DNA of 64,000 nucleotides, taken from positions 352,001-416,000 of the forward strand of contig JAUVXV010000001.1 of the NCBI GenBank assembly GCA_030603365.1. The letters are read 5' to 3'. Shown in pieces: positions 48,407 through 59,073 of the stretch (position 1 is the first letter of the stretch; every line of letters starts with the position of its first letter). The notes below the pieces were generated by a model. The model had not been told where the DNA came from. It did no database searches and saw only the letters and a program-made list of their open reading frames with translations. The stretch is from Candidatus Heimdallarchaeota archaeon. GTDB taxonomy: Archaea; Asgardarchaeota; Heimdallarchaeia; Heimdallarchaeales; Heimdallarchaeaceae. The translations under genes were made by a program, and so were the position numbers.

Positions 48407-50608
48407 CTAGATTTCTTCCAAATACTCTTCAAGCTCAATTTCCTCTTCCTCTCCTTTAGTAGCAAATCTCATATCTAATTCTGCTATTGTTTTCTTTAAA
48501 GTCTCAAGAACAACAGAATCATCTTCATAGTGTTGAGAGTCAATAACTCTTTTGTATATTTCCTCTGGAAGATTCTTATAGTATCTAATACCATAAGCAA
48601 TAGAATCTCTTACTTTTGGATCTCGATCATTTTCCAGAATCTTGATTATTCCTTCAAGAGTATCTTCATTATTCTGGTAAAGTAAACATATTGCCGCTGT
48701 TGCTCTTTCAATTGGATAACTACTGTCTAACATTGTAATGAGTTTTGTATTTGTTTGTGCAGATTCTCCTCTTTTGGTAAGAACTAGTGCTAACCATATT
48801 TTAAGAAATGCAGGAGATTCATCAAGGCTTTCTTCGATTTTACCCATATCTAAATTCTTTCTTAAAACCAGTTCTTTTAGTGCTGTTTCCGTATTATCTC
48901 CTGCTAAGGTCAAAATTAATGACCCCAAATTATCTTTTCTCATAGTAGGAATTATAATCATTGGCACAAAGAAGAGTGCTATAAGGGGGTAATATCCAAC
49001 ATTGTTGTATACAAGGTTATTGAGTGCTACAAAGAAGTAGATTATACCTCCTAGCAAACCAACAATTTTCAGAGGATATTGATATTTGAATCTACCTCTC
49101 GATATAGGGTTTTTAACAAAGAAGAAAGCTATAGCAAAAGCTATGACTCCTATTGAAATTGGAACTGCAGTGTAGAGGAAGATAGACGTTCCAGTTAAAG
49201 TTTGGCTCGTAATCGCGGTTGCAAGATACATAACTCCAAAGTAAATAATTACTGGAATTCCTGTTGATAAGGTAAGTATTGTAATTCTTCTCTTGCGTAA
49301 TTTCTTTTCCAGAAATGTTGCTTGTTTTTTTAGTGGAGGAACAACTGGATCTGTCATTTGGAGAGTAGCTTGTGTCATAGTTTTCATTAAGCCAGTATAG
49401 CTTTGTGCGCCATATCGTTTAGTTATCAGTTTGTTAACTAGACCAACTAAAACAATGAAAATTATTAAAGAAAATAAAATTCCAAGGAATTGGAAAATAA
49501 ACTGTAATATTACTTCAATTAACAATATAACAACAAAAAACACTAATAATGCTACTCCTTGTTTTCTTAGAGTTTTCCAGGTTTTCTTGGCAAAACTAAC
49601 TGTGTCCCTATAGAATATAATAGGGTAAATTATCATCCCGTAAAGACCTATTGTTTGCAGAGTCTTCATTATATTGATTAGAATTGATGATATATGGGAT
49701 TTATCAGGAAAATCCCATTTTAAAATAACAATAAATTCAAACACATTAGAAGTGTCATATCCAAAGCCAAATCCCAAAAAAAGTAAGATCATAGCTAATT
49801 CTATCCTCCTACTTAAATGATAAACCAGAATTATAACTAAGGAGACTACTAGAAAATAGAAGAGATCCGTTAGAAATGGAATCAATAGAGTGTATGACTG
49901 CTCTTGAAATGCTGTAACTAGATACTGTGGCATTGAAAACTGAGAAAGTAAATAGAACATCAAAAGAATTGTAGCTGTAGATACTGCAACACCATCCATT
50001 GTGTTTACTTTTTTGTTAATTGAATACATTATCCCAGCATATAGCAAAGCAAAAACTGCACTAGCCAGCAGTATTGCTCCAATGTATATTATATAATCAT
50101 TTGTCTTATAATCAACTTGAGGTACTGATGTGTTTCCATTAGAAGGTGATCCGTTTATTTGTTCTATGTTACTCTCAATTCCTGCAATTTTTTGTGCTGC
50201 AGGTTGAAGAAACTTGGTATAAATATTTGACATACCGAGGATGAAAACAAATCCAAAAAGGGCTATTTTAAGGATATTCAATTTATTGCTAGCAATCTTC
50301 TTTGGAGAATTGATGCGGATTCCCAGTTTAAGAATATAATAGACACTTAGCCCCACTACTGCTATGAATGTACCAACATATACGAGGATGTATGAAGTTA
50401 AATTTATAGTGTCTCCTGGAGTAAATAAATCATTGAAGACTTTAGCACCCATGATAAATCCCAATAGTATAGCTAGACCAATACCTAATAATTGTCCTCC
50501 AAATTGCACTGTCCAATCCATGAAAATGAGGTCTCTTGCAAGAATAACACTAAAGGGTTCAAATTCTTCCTCTTCAGGTTTCTCTTCCTTGCTTTCATCA
50601 TTTGACAT
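48407..50608 (-). CDS. Polytopic membrane protein (~13 TM) with C-terminal HEAT-like repeats
   Basis: Many TM segments; C-terminal LDSSYPIERATAA..L and LENDRDPKVRDSIA. Confidence 0.7.
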   Translation of the reverse strand: MSNDESKEEKPEEEEFEPFSVILARDLIFMDWTVQFGGQLLGIGLAILLGFIMGAKVFNDLFTPGDTINLTSYILVYVGTFIAVVGLSVYYILKLGIRINSPKKIASNKLNILKIALFGFVFILGMSNIYTKFLQPAAQKIAGIESNIEQINGSPSNGNTSVPQVDYKTNDYIIYIGAILLASAVFALLYAGIMYSINKKVNTMDGVAVSTATILLMFYLLSQFSMPQYLVTAFQEQSYTLLIPFLTDLFYFLVVSLVIILVYHLSRRIELAMILLFLGFGFGYDTSNVFEFIVILKWDFPDKSHISSILINIMKTLQTIGLYGMIIYPIIFYRDTVSFAKKTWKTLRKQGVALLVFFVVILLIEVILQFIFQFLGILFSLIIFIVLVGLVNKLITKRYGAQSYTGLMKTMTQATLQMTDPVVPPLKKQATFLEKKLRKRRITILTLSTGIPVIIYFGVMYLATAITSQTLTGTSIFLYTAVPISIGVIAFAIAFFFVKNPISRGRFKYQYPLKIVGLLGGIIYFFVALNNLVYNNVGYYPLIALFFVPMIIIPTMRKDNLGSLILTLAGDNTETALKELVLRKNLDMGKIEESLDESPAFLKIWLALVLTKRGESAQTNTKLITMLDSSYPIERATAAICLLYQNNEDTLEGIIKILENDRDPKVRDSIAYGIRYYKNLPEEIYKRVIDSQHYEDDSVVLETLKKTIAELDMRFATKGEEEEIELEEYLEEI

Positions 50609-50611
50609 AAA

Positions 50612-52486
50612 CTAGACCTCGATATCACTGAGTATGACGTCAAAACGTCTTTTTCTACTTTTAGTATACTTTCTTATTCGTTTTCCAATCAGGTAAAAGA
50701 TTACAACAACCACTCCCACTGCAATTGCTATTCCAGTATATATTACATTCCAATTCCTACTTACTTTGATGAAAATTTGATAAGTATTATCGAATTCATA
50801 GAGTTCATAGATTTGACTCCCAGCATCAACAAAAATGGAAACGTTCCAAACTCTCAACCCAAATCCTTGAAATTCTTCAAACTGAAGAGACAGTGTTTCA
50901 TTTACATCTAAGCTTTCTATTTCTTCACTTAGTTTGATGGAATCATTTACTGCTAATGTAACCCAAAAGGGAGCTGAAAGAATAGTACCATTATTCTGAA
51001 CAGTAAAATCAATTTGTAATCTTCTGAACTCTGTAGGATTTTCAGGACTAACTATAACCTCTTTTACATTTAAATTTGGAAAACGATACCAAGAATAGAT
51101 ATCAGTTGTATTTTCATCATATTCTGCGAAATATGATATTATGTTCATAGGATATAGAATATTGGCGGAACTATTCCAATTTTCAGTTTCTGGAGGGGAA
51201 GTTATTACGCTACTAAAGAAGCTTGTTGTACCTATTATTCCTAACGAATAATTCCCATAATAGGTTAAGATATTGCCTTCTCCTCTTATAGCATAATTAT
51301 CTAAATCATAGATTAATGTTCCATTTTCTTCTGTATATATAGGGATAATTTCTGAACCATCTTCTAATACAATTACTCCTAATCTCTGATTTCGATAGGA
51401 CAAGGTCGTATAGAAGAATTCACCATATTTCATATTGTCAACTGAAATATATTGTATTCCTGCTTTGTGTGGTTTACCATTGATTGTATAATTGTAAATT
51501 ATTGTTAGAGAGAAATTGAAATCTGCATCTGTAAAGATTCTGTGATAATTTTCAGAAGGATTCAACTCATTATTTGGGAGTGTTTCTGTACCATTTGCTA
51601 CTAATACTGTAAAAAGTTCATATATTCGAAAATCTGTATCTCGAAATACAATTCCGCCATCTTCAACTGTGGATATAGTTAACTCTGCGCTTCCTTGTAA
51701 AGATGGAATTGAGTCTGTATCTGGGGATGGATAAGCATAATATTCTGTTCCCCAAAGAAATTGAGGAATTGCTGTATAAACAAAAGATCCTTCTTCTAAT
51801 GATAGTGAATAAAAGACTACGCCTATTGGTCCTGAACCTCTAATGGTAGTTCCTTTGCTTACTTCTATGTCTATTGTTTGTCCAACAAAATCTATCTTAA
51901 GTGTTTGATCCGCAAAACCAGGAGTACTAACAGTAACTTCTGAATTATTGAATCCTGCAACAATTTTTGCCTTCATATTGTCGTATGGACTTTGATATTC
52001 ATCTCCCCACATAGACAATACTAAGGGGGCATACGAAAATGTATCATCCGAATCATTAGTTTCAGATGAATGATATACATTGATTTGTAATGGTACGAAA
52101 GTTTGGATCAAGGAACCATTTACCATATTCTCTTCAATTGCTGAATTAAGAGTTAATGTTTGATTCGCATCAATATATTCAGTAGAATTATATTGTATGG
52201 GCTCAAACCCAAAAATGACTGGAACACCATCATAGAACGTAGTTATCTCTACAATAGTAGGACCAAATGGTCCAGCTCTGAATAGTAAAGGTAATCTATA
52301 ATTGAGATATAATCCTCCAGCTGAGCTTCCTCCACTAGTATCTTCCCCACCTCCCGGAGGAGGAATTTCACCAGAACTGGGACTACCAGCAAATGTATAA
52401 CTTATGGTATATGAACTTGAGATAGAGAAAGGACTAATTAATAGTAATAGGAATATGAAAATTGTAGCAAAAACTCGTTTTCTCAT
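50612..52486 (-). CDS. Surface protein: signal peptide, IgGFc-binding-N-like domain, CARDB domain, C-terminal TM
   Basis: IVAG..SEVTV, IRGSGPIGV, P..WGTEY; CARDB PNLNV..TVQNNG..VDA..IYE.YEFDN; TM followed by basic tail. Confidence 0.7.
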   Translation of the reverse strand: MRKRVFATIFIFLLLLISPFSISSSYTISYTFAGSPSSGEIPPPGGGEDTSGGSSAGGLYLNYRLPLLFRAGPFGPTIVEITTFYDGVPVIFGFEPIQYNSTEYIDANQTLTLNSAIEENMVNGSLIQTFVPLQINVYHSSETNDSDDTFSYAPLVLSMWGDEYQSPYDNMKAKIVAGFNNSEVTVSTPGFADQTLKIDFVGQTIDIEVSKGTTIRGSGPIGVVFYSLSLEEGSFVYTAIPQFLWGTEYYAYPSPDTDSIPSLQGSAELTISTVEDGGIVFRDTDFRIYELFTVLVANGTETLPNNELNPSENYHRIFTDADFNFSLTIIYNYTINGKPHKAGIQYISVDNMKYGEFFYTTLSYRNQRLGVIVLEDGSEIIPIYTEENGTLIYDLDNYAIRGEGNILTYYGNYSLGIIGTTSFFSSVITSPPETENWNSSANILYPMNIISYFAEYDENTTDIYSWYRFPNLNVKEVIVSPENPTEFRRLQIDFTVQNNGTILSAPFWVTLAVNDSIKLSEEIESLDVNETLSLQFEEFQGFGLRVWNVSIFVDAGSQIYELYEFDNTYQIFIKVSRNWNVIYTGIAIAVGVVVVIFYLIGKRIRKYTKSRKRRFDVILSDIEV

Positions 52487-53424
52487 CTAACACGACCTCT
52501 TCTTTTGGAACCAAAATAGGTTATCAACAGTTTCTCCATTAAAACAGTTGTTGGAGCATCAATTACGTCAATATTCAGACCTAATACTTTGCGTTTAAAT
52601 TCGTTAATTTCCTTTATCTGCAATCCAAGTTCATACATAAACATACCTCTCTCAAGCAGATTACTGAAATTAACCGCTATGATATCTCCCGTTTCAGGAT
52701 CTTGGAATTTTACCTGTCTTGGATTTTTTGGGAATAAAAATTCTTCAGGATCATGTATGTGAATTAGCTTGACATCATGTCTTTTCACATTTGCAACTCT
52801 GAATCCATCCAAAGCACTTTCAAGATTTCCATGAAGATCAGTTAGAACGATGATTATTGCCCTTCTTTTTTGTGCTAATGCTATCTCTCTAATACTTTCT
52901 CCAATATCTGTATTTCCAAGAGGAGCAACTTTAAGCATCTCATTGAATATGTGGTACAGGTGTGTTTTTCCACCTCGTGGACGTATATATTTATGAATTT
53001 TATTAGAGAATGACACCCAACCAAAATTATCTCGGTTGTTCATAACTGTATAAGCTAGGGTTGCGATTGCCTCTACTGCCATTTTTATTCGAGGTGTTGG
53101 ATCACCTAGCAACATTGAGTAACTTGTATCGAGCATTAGAATAACGTTGGTGTTCCTTTCTTGTTCGTAATCTCTTACAATTAATTTGTGAGGAACTCTT
53201 GAAGATGCATTCCAATCTATGAATCTAAGATCATCTCCTTCAGTATATTCTCTTAAATCAGCATATTCTGTACCTGGACCTCGAAAGATAGATCGTCTGT
53301 GACCTTGAAGAAAACTGGTAGACCTCTCTTTGGCAAGAATCTCTAACCTTCTTAGTTTCTTAAGAGGAATTTTTCCGCTTTCTTTTTTCTCTTTCACTGA
53401 TTTTTGGTCTTCTGCTAGGGTCAT
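52483..53424 (-). CDS. DUF58 family protein (MoxR-associated, vWA-like)
   Basis: GHRRS.FRG.G.EY..LREY..GDDLRFIDWNASSR, LDTSYSM, LTD. Confidence 0.93.
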   Translation of the reverse strand: MTLAEDQKSVKEKKESGKIPLKKLRRLEILAKERSTSFLQGHRRSIFRGPGTEYADLREYTEGDDLRFIDWNASSRVPHKLIVRDYEQERNTNVILMLDTSYSMLLGDPTPRIKMAVEAIATLAYTVMNNRDNFGWVSFSNKIHKYIRPRGGKTHLYHIFNEMLKVAPLGNTDIGESIREIALAQKRRAIIIVLTDLHGNLESALDGFRVANVKRHDVKLIHIHDPEEFLFPKNPRQVKFQDPETGDIIAVNFSNLLERGMFMYELGLQIKEINEFKRKVLGLNIDVIDAPTTVLMEKLLITYFGSKRRGRVR

Positions 53425-53428
53425 AATC

Positions 53429-55021
53429 TTACCTTCGTTTCATCAATTCATCATAAATATTTTTGATTGATTTGAGTATTTTTGAACCATCTTTTAATGA
53501 ATAATCATCGTCCCAAAGTAAACTATCCACAACATTGAAAACTTGTTTAGCTTCTTTGAGAATTTGTTTTTCATCTTTAATCATGTCAAGAATAACATTA
53601 TTGATGTCCACTAGAACACTGATGTTAATTTCTCCTTTAACTATAATGGCTAATATTTTTTGATACGATTCTAGTATTTTTAGTGCTTCTTTTCCTTTCT
53701 TCTTAATTTTCTTAATATCTATTACAAGAGGTTCTTTTACCTTTACTCTGTCTTTTAGATCCTCTTCTAAAATCTCTTCAAGCTCTCTTTCTACTCCTCG
53801 TGCAAACCGTATTTTTCTTTTTCGTAGAACTGCTAGATATGCAAATAGAGGGAAGAGATTAAATTGCCAACTAGGTTCGAAGATTCCTTTTTCAACTAGT
53901 AATTTTTCGAAATACCTATTCAAGGAAAGTCCTATAGAAATAAGAATTAGAAATAGGTGGCATATAATCATCCATGAGTATGAGGTATCATCGGCGTTGA
54001 GAAAAATCATAACAGCTGCACTCAGTAAAAACCATATCGCCATTGCTATGAAAATGTAGCTTTCTTTTTGCCAGTATAACCAAACGCCAATAAGACTTGA
54101 AACAATAGTAACAAGATAGAAAATTATTACTTGGATAATTGCAATTTTAGACCAGAAAGTGAAATAAAACACTGCAAGCATGAGGGTTGAAAACATTGCT
54201 GCTCCAAATGCTGCTTGTACAAGTTGTCTAACATTACTTTCAAATTTGATGTCTGACTTAAATTGATGTCTATCTAGGGTCCCCCTGAATTTCTCGTAGT
54301 TTTGATAAAGAACAGCAAACATCATTCCACCCATTATTCCAATGTCTAGGATTGAAATGAATGTTGTAGTTTGTAAAAGGGGTGTAGCATCTACTTCATA
54401 GACTTCAAGGAATTTTGCAAAAATATCTCCATGAAAAACCATGGGGGCGAAGATTATGATTAATACCGTATATAGTAACCATAAGAGATTATTTGCTGAG
54501 CTAATAAGATCTAATGCAATTGGTGGTTCAGCAACATTCCATTCTGCACCACTTAGGAATTTTGGCATTCTATCCTGAATATATCTCGATCTAATCACTC
54601 TTTCTAGAATTTCCGAGCCTATAATTATCATTGCAATTATTGGTAAAGAAATCCAAATACCCAAACCATTAGGACTTGAACCAAGTAAGAGTAAAAAGAG
54701 GTTTACTCCTGTTGTATTGGCAATTCCAACACCTGCATTAGGAATGGTTGCTTGTAGAATTGAGAATAATATTATTATCAAAAATGGTGTTAATTTTAAG
54801 AAGGAATACCAGAGTTTCTCTAATCTAATACGAATTCCAACACCTCGAGCTGTTTCAACTAGTGTTGCATTTAGTTCATGTGGATAAACCTTACGTGTGC
54901 CTCTAACAATAGCTCTTGTTTGACTTTTAAAAAGCCTAGTTCTCATCCCAAAGGATCTCATGAGAACATCCATTTTTTTCAGAGATCTTTCTAGTGGTGT
55001 AGTAGGTTTTTTGGAGCTCAT
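53429..55021 (-). CDS. Hypothetical polytopic membrane protein
   Basis: ~8 TM segments between soluble N- and C-terminal regions; ATGA overlap with the upstream gene. Confidence 0.7.
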   Translation of the reverse strand: MSSKKPTTPLERSLKKMDVLMRSFGMRTRLFKSQTRAIVRGTRKVYPHELNATLVETARGVGIRIRLEKLWYSFLKLTPFLIIILFSILQATIPNAGVGIANTTGVNLFLLLLGSSPNGLGIWISLPIIAMIIIGSEILERVIRSRYIQDRMPKFLSGAEWNVAEPPIALDLISSANNLLWLLYTVLIIIFAPMVFHGDIFAKFLEVYEVDATPLLQTTTFISILDIGIMGGMMFAVLYQNYEKFRGTLDRHQFKSDIKFESNVRQLVQAAFGAAMFSTLMLAVFYFTFWSKIAIIQVIIFYLVTIVSSLIGVWLYWQKESYIFIAMAIWFLLSAAVMIFLNADDTSYSWMIICHLFLILISIGLSLNRYFEKLLVEKGIFEPSWQFNLFPLFAYLAVLRKRKIRFARGVERELEEILEEDLKDRVKVKEPLVIDIKKIKKKGKEALKILESYQKILAIIVKGEINISVLVDINNVILDMIKDEKQILKEAKQVFNVVDSLLWDDDYSLKDGSKILKSIKNIYDELMKRR

Positions 55022-55743
55022 TCAGTTTTTCCTCCTTCTTCCTTACGGTTTTTTGGCGTTTTCGATATTGCTCCCATCAATTTTTTAAAGGCTTTTTTAG
55101 AAAATTCACCCATTTTAGGAATTCCTACAAATAATGATGGAGTAATCATAATTAACAAAATAACTACAAAAACAAAGATCCATCTAACAAACGTTTGTGG
55201 ATCTGGAAATCCAGGGAGATTTATTATTGGTAGAGCAGCACCTCTTTCTACCTGAATATAAGATCTATCTCCTGGAAAGTATGCTATATAGAGCGTATCT
55301 TCTGGTTGCAATGAACTATGAGCAATAATTTCTATTGAAATATTAAACAGATTGTAATCATTTGGTGCAAGCAATGTGGTATTTATGTGGTATATTTGAA
55401 TTGTTTCATTCAGCATAAAATCTTCTGCATGGAGATATCTTGCTTCAGTTTCATTGTCAGGATAAACATAAGTAATATCAACATAGGTAATAGTAATATT
55501 CTCACCTGGAGGTATTTCACCTGTCTTTGCTTCAAGTGTGATGCTAAAGTTTACTCCTACATTTTCTTCCCAGCTTAATGGAGCTCTAGAAACAACTGTG
55601 AAGTTTGTATTTTCATCGATTTCAAATCTATAAGTTGGTGATGTGTATACACTCTCCTGTCCTTCAGTTGGAAGGATGAGGAATATAGACAGCACTAATA
55701 CTGTGATTATTAATAAATTACGAATAGGTTTCTTTAACTTCAT
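55018..55743 (-). CDS. Hypothetical exported beta-rich protein with C-terminal TM
   Basis: Signal peptide, several N-x-T/S sequons, TM near the C-terminus; ATG 55743 overlaps the upstream TAA (TAATG). Confidence 0.7.
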   Translation of the reverse strand: MKLKKPIRNLLIITVLVLSIFLILPTEGQESVYTSPTYRFEIDENTNFTVVSRAPLSWEENVGVNFSITLEAKTGEIPPGENITITYVDITYVYPDNETEARYLHAEDFMLNETIQIYHINTTLLAPNDYNLFNISIEIIAHSSLQPEDTLYIAYFPGDRSYIQVERGAALPIINLPGFPDPQTFVRWIFVFVVILLIMITPSLFVGIPKMGEFSKKAFKKLMGAISKTPKNRKEEGGKTE

Positions 55744-57947
55744 TATTGCTCTTTTCTCCATTTTTCAAATTTCTCAATTAATTTCATTACAGATTCTAAA
55801 TAATCTCTGGATTGAGGTTTTGTGTAGTAGATTTGCTCTTCATTTAACACATTAAGGGAAATTCCACTACCTATTGAAAGTAATTCAAGAGTTTCAGCGA
55901 CTAAAAATGCAGGAATATATCTTTTTATGGTTTTTTCATGCAGATCTTCATTTACTGCAAGAAGGTTTACAGGTACAATTCTACTAAGATAACCAAGTAA
56001 TTCCCAATACTCACCCAACATAGCTTTCCAAGGTTCTAGAGACATGTCAATTTCTCTTGATCTTTTTATAGCCTCAATTTGTATCTCTTCAACTGATACA
56101 AGCATTTCATATTTTTGCTCCTCTTCCTGAATTTTCTTAATCATTCTTCTTCGAATAATGAAATAAGTTAGTAGAAATGCGAGAATGGGGGCTATGAAAC
56201 CTAGAAGACTTAGAAAAATGAGGTTATTCATCAAGGAATTTTGTTGTTCTTCAGTAAGCTCAGTTTCTACTCTGAAATGTTCGAATCTTGCTGATAAATC
56301 TTCTATTGCATCAAGAACATCAATAAATGAATATGTAATTTGTGCAGAGAATAGATCGTGATACGGATCAATTTCTCTATCATTATGAATAAATCTAATT
56401 TTTGTCCTTCCCTCAGGAGTTTTTTCTAGATTTCCATCGATATCTAAAATTAGATAACTCTCAGGAGATGCACTATATACTATCGAGTCTTCAGGCATGA
56501 TAACTGTATATTCAATATTGGCTCTTGAATAATCATAATCTGGGGTTGTTTCATTTTGCATGTCAGGATCTATAAATAACAACCAGAAATAATCGAGATA
56601 AACAAGGATGTTACTATTATTGTAATAAACATAGGGTTTGACTATCTCATAATGTATATATCCTTGAAGATTTCTTATAAGAAATCGGTCACTATACTGT
56701 TGAAATGATATAGGAGTTCCAAACTCATTATAGGCTCTGAATTCTAGAACCTCGCTTGTATCGATCCAGATGCTAAAATTGTCAACCGTAAAACCAATGT
56801 CCATGTATACTGTTTCAAATGCAATTCCATCCTTTCCTAAATCTACGATTGTTTCATAATCAATAACTCCATCTTCGTTAAATGTTGGAGTAGTTCCTTC
56901 CAGTGTTAATGTTTTATTATTAGTAATTGTTTGATAATTAACATCATCTACCGTTTGATCATTGATGTGAAAGGTAGGAGAAACCAACAATAGAATGAGG
57001 AATACATTGAATAGTGCAGAAACCCGTTTTCTTGGGTCTGCTTCTCCTTCTATGTCTCTGAGCATTTTCTTAGGTAAACTTCTAGCTTCATTCAATTTAG
57101 ATTTGAACTTCTTTTTTGCACGTAAATAACCATAAAGCGCAGCTGCTATACTTACTACAACTGCAAGGAATGCGATTAATTTGAAATAGGTTTGAAGTAG
57201 ATCTAGAAGATTTTCTATTTGTTCAAGCTCTTGTTCCTGTCTTTGATTTTGATACATCTGTTCGGTAAATTGAAGATAGATAGGATCAAAATTATAGGTG
57301 ATTTCATATGTTAAAGGATCATGAAATGGATCCATTGCTCTTTCCTCATAATCCCATGTAATTCCAAATGACTCCCCTTCCTTTACAATAACTGCATTTT
57401 CAGTAGGAGCAAAACTGACAAGTCCTGCACCTTTTGGAAGTATTTGTTTATTATGATAGGTTACGGGGGCATATCTTATTTCATCTTCTGGTGTGAGATA
57501 ACTAAATTGAGCCCAAAATGTATCAAAAATTACAATAAAGTTGGTATCTATGAAATAATCAGGTTCACTATAAACTTCTATTTTGTAATATATTTCTGTA
57601 GTTCTAGGAGTTATCTCAATTCTATCATCAAATAGGAAGAAATCAACATTTTCTGTTAAATTACCTATACCGTCCCAAAAAGCAATCAATCGCATTTGAA
57701 GAACGTTTCCATATATAGTAAGATATCCGCCTGGTGAATTAAGATCTATCCAATAGATATACCCGTTTGTTTCCGTTATGTTATCTCTGAAATAATATTG
57801 ATCTTTACTGATAACAACAGTGAAATCAGTTTCTTGGGCTTGAACATCATTCGTTTTTGAATGGATTACAAAAGCACTTCCACCCACTAAAGCAATGATT
57901 TCTAAACCTATGATTATCAACAAGATTAGCTTGCGTTCGATCTTCAT
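55743..57947 (-). CDS. Membrane protein with two homologous extracytoplasmic modules
   Basis: Internal repeat: FDTFW/LDYFW, LPKGAGLVSFAP/MPEDSIVYSASP, DPFHD..ITYNF/DPYHD..ITYSF. Confidence 0.72.
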   Translation of the reverse strand: MKIERKLILLIIIGLEIIALVGGSAFVIHSKTNDVQAQETDFTVVISKDQYYFRDNITETNGYIYWIDLNSPGGYLTIYGNVLQMRLIAFWDGIGNLTENVDFFLFDDRIEITPRTTEIYYKIEVYSEPDYFIDTNFIVIFDTFWAQFSYLTPEDEIRYAPVTYHNKQILPKGAGLVSFAPTENAVIVKEGESFGITWDYEERAMDPFHDPLTYEITYNFDPIYLQFTEQMYQNQRQEQELEQIENLLDLLQTYFKLIAFLAVVVSIAAALYGYLRAKKKFKSKLNEARSLPKKMLRDIEGEADPRKRVSALFNVFLILLLVSPTFHINDQTVDDVNYQTITNNKTLTLEGTTPTFNEDGVIDYETIVDLGKDGIAFETVYMDIGFTVDNFSIWIDTSEVLEFRAYNEFGTPISFQQYSDRFLIRNLQGYIHYEIVKPYVYYNNSNILVYLDYFWLLFIDPDMQNETTPDYDYSRANIEYTVIMPEDSIVYSASPESYLILDIDGNLEKTPEGRTKIRFIHNDREIDPYHDLFSAQITYSFIDVLDAIEDLSARFEHFRVETELTEEQQNSLMNNLIFLSLLGFIAPILAFLLTYFIIRRRMIKKIQEEEQKYEMLVSVEEIQIEAIKRSREIDMSLEPWKAMLGEYWELLGYLSRIVPVNLLAVNEDLHEKTIKRYIPAFLVAETLELLSIGSGISLNVLNEEQIYYTKPQSRDYLESVMKLIEKFEKWRKEQ

Positions 57948-57959
57948 TTAATTCAATCT

Positions 57960-58976
57960 CTATGCTTGTACACTTGGAGCTGGTGTGTGTTTCAATATTC
58001 GATCTATAATTATCTCTGAAGTTGTTCCATCGAATTCATATTCAGGTTTGATAAGCACTCTATGTCTTAACACGTTTTTAGCAACCTTCTGAATGTCTAC
58101 TGGATTAACATATTTTCTTCCATCCATAGCTGCTTCAGCTTTTGCAGCAATAGTCATCCATAAACTAGCTCTTGGACTTGCACCCATATATACTTCTTCG
58201 CTTTCTCTAGTAAGATTCACTATTCTAACTATATATTTAGTAAGATCTTCTGATATACTAACTCCACTCCTAACGATTTTTTGCAATTCCAGAACTTCAT
58301 CACCTGTCATCACAGGTTTGATATCTTCTAATTTATCATAAGAATCAAACTCACCAGTGAAACGGTTTACAATTTCAACTTCATTTTCTTCCACAGGATA
58401 AGTTACAAGAATTTTGAAAGCGAAACGATCAATTTGTGCTTCTGGTAGAGGATATGTTCCTTCAGTTTCTATGGGATTTTGAGTGGCGAACACCAAAAAT
58501 GGTGCGGGTAGTTCATATGTTTTCTTTTCAACAGATACTTGTTTTTCTTGCATACTTTCAAGCATTGCTGCTTGTGTTTTTGGAGGAGCTCTGTTAATTT
58601 CATCAGCTAACAGTAGGTTTGTAAAAACTGGACCTTGTTTGAAAAAGAAATCCCCTGTCTCTGGTCTAAAAGCCATGACTCCTGTTACATCAGAGGGCAT
58701 AAGATCTGGTGTAAACTGAATTCTTTTAAAATCAGCAGAGATAGCTTTTGCCAATGCACGTGCCATGAGTGTTTTTGCTATACCTGGTACTCCTTCTAGT
58801 AGAACATGGCCATCTGCTAAGATTGCTGCAATCATTGCATCGATGACTTCTTCCTGACCAACTATAACTTTACTAATACTCTCTTTAATCAATTTAATTT
58901 TTGTTGAAATATCTTTGATGCCAACTTTGGCAGATTGTGTTTTTTTCTTTGAAGTAGTTTTCTCCTTAGAACTCAT
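57960..58976 (-). CDS. moxR: MoxR-family AAA+ ATPase
   Basis: HVLLEGVPGIAKT, RIQFTPDLMPSD, LLADEINRAPPKTQ, ATQNP.E.EGTYPLPEAQ.DRF. Confidence 0.96.
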   Translation of the reverse strand: MSSKEKTTSKKKTQSAKVGIKDISTKIKLIKESISKVIVGQEEVIDAMIAAILADGHVLLEGVPGIAKTLMARALAKAISADFKRIQFTPDLMPSDVTGVMAFRPETGDFFFKQGPVFTNLLLADEINRAPPKTQAAMLESMQEKQVSVEKKTYELPAPFLVFATQNPIETEGTYPLPEAQIDRFAFKILVTYPVEENEVEIVNRFTGEFDSYDKLEDIKPVMTGDEVLELQKIVRSGVSISEDLTKYIVRIVNLTRESEEVYMGASPRASLWMTIAAKAEAAMDGRKYVNPVDIQKVAKNVLRHRVLIKPEYEFDGTTSEIIIDRILKHTPAPSVQA

Positions 58977-59073
58977 AATAGATACTCCTTAAGTAGAAAA
59001 GTCAAATTCCCTTATAAACATATTTTATTCAAAGAAATTAAAAATAACGGAAGAACAAAAATTATTACTTAAA

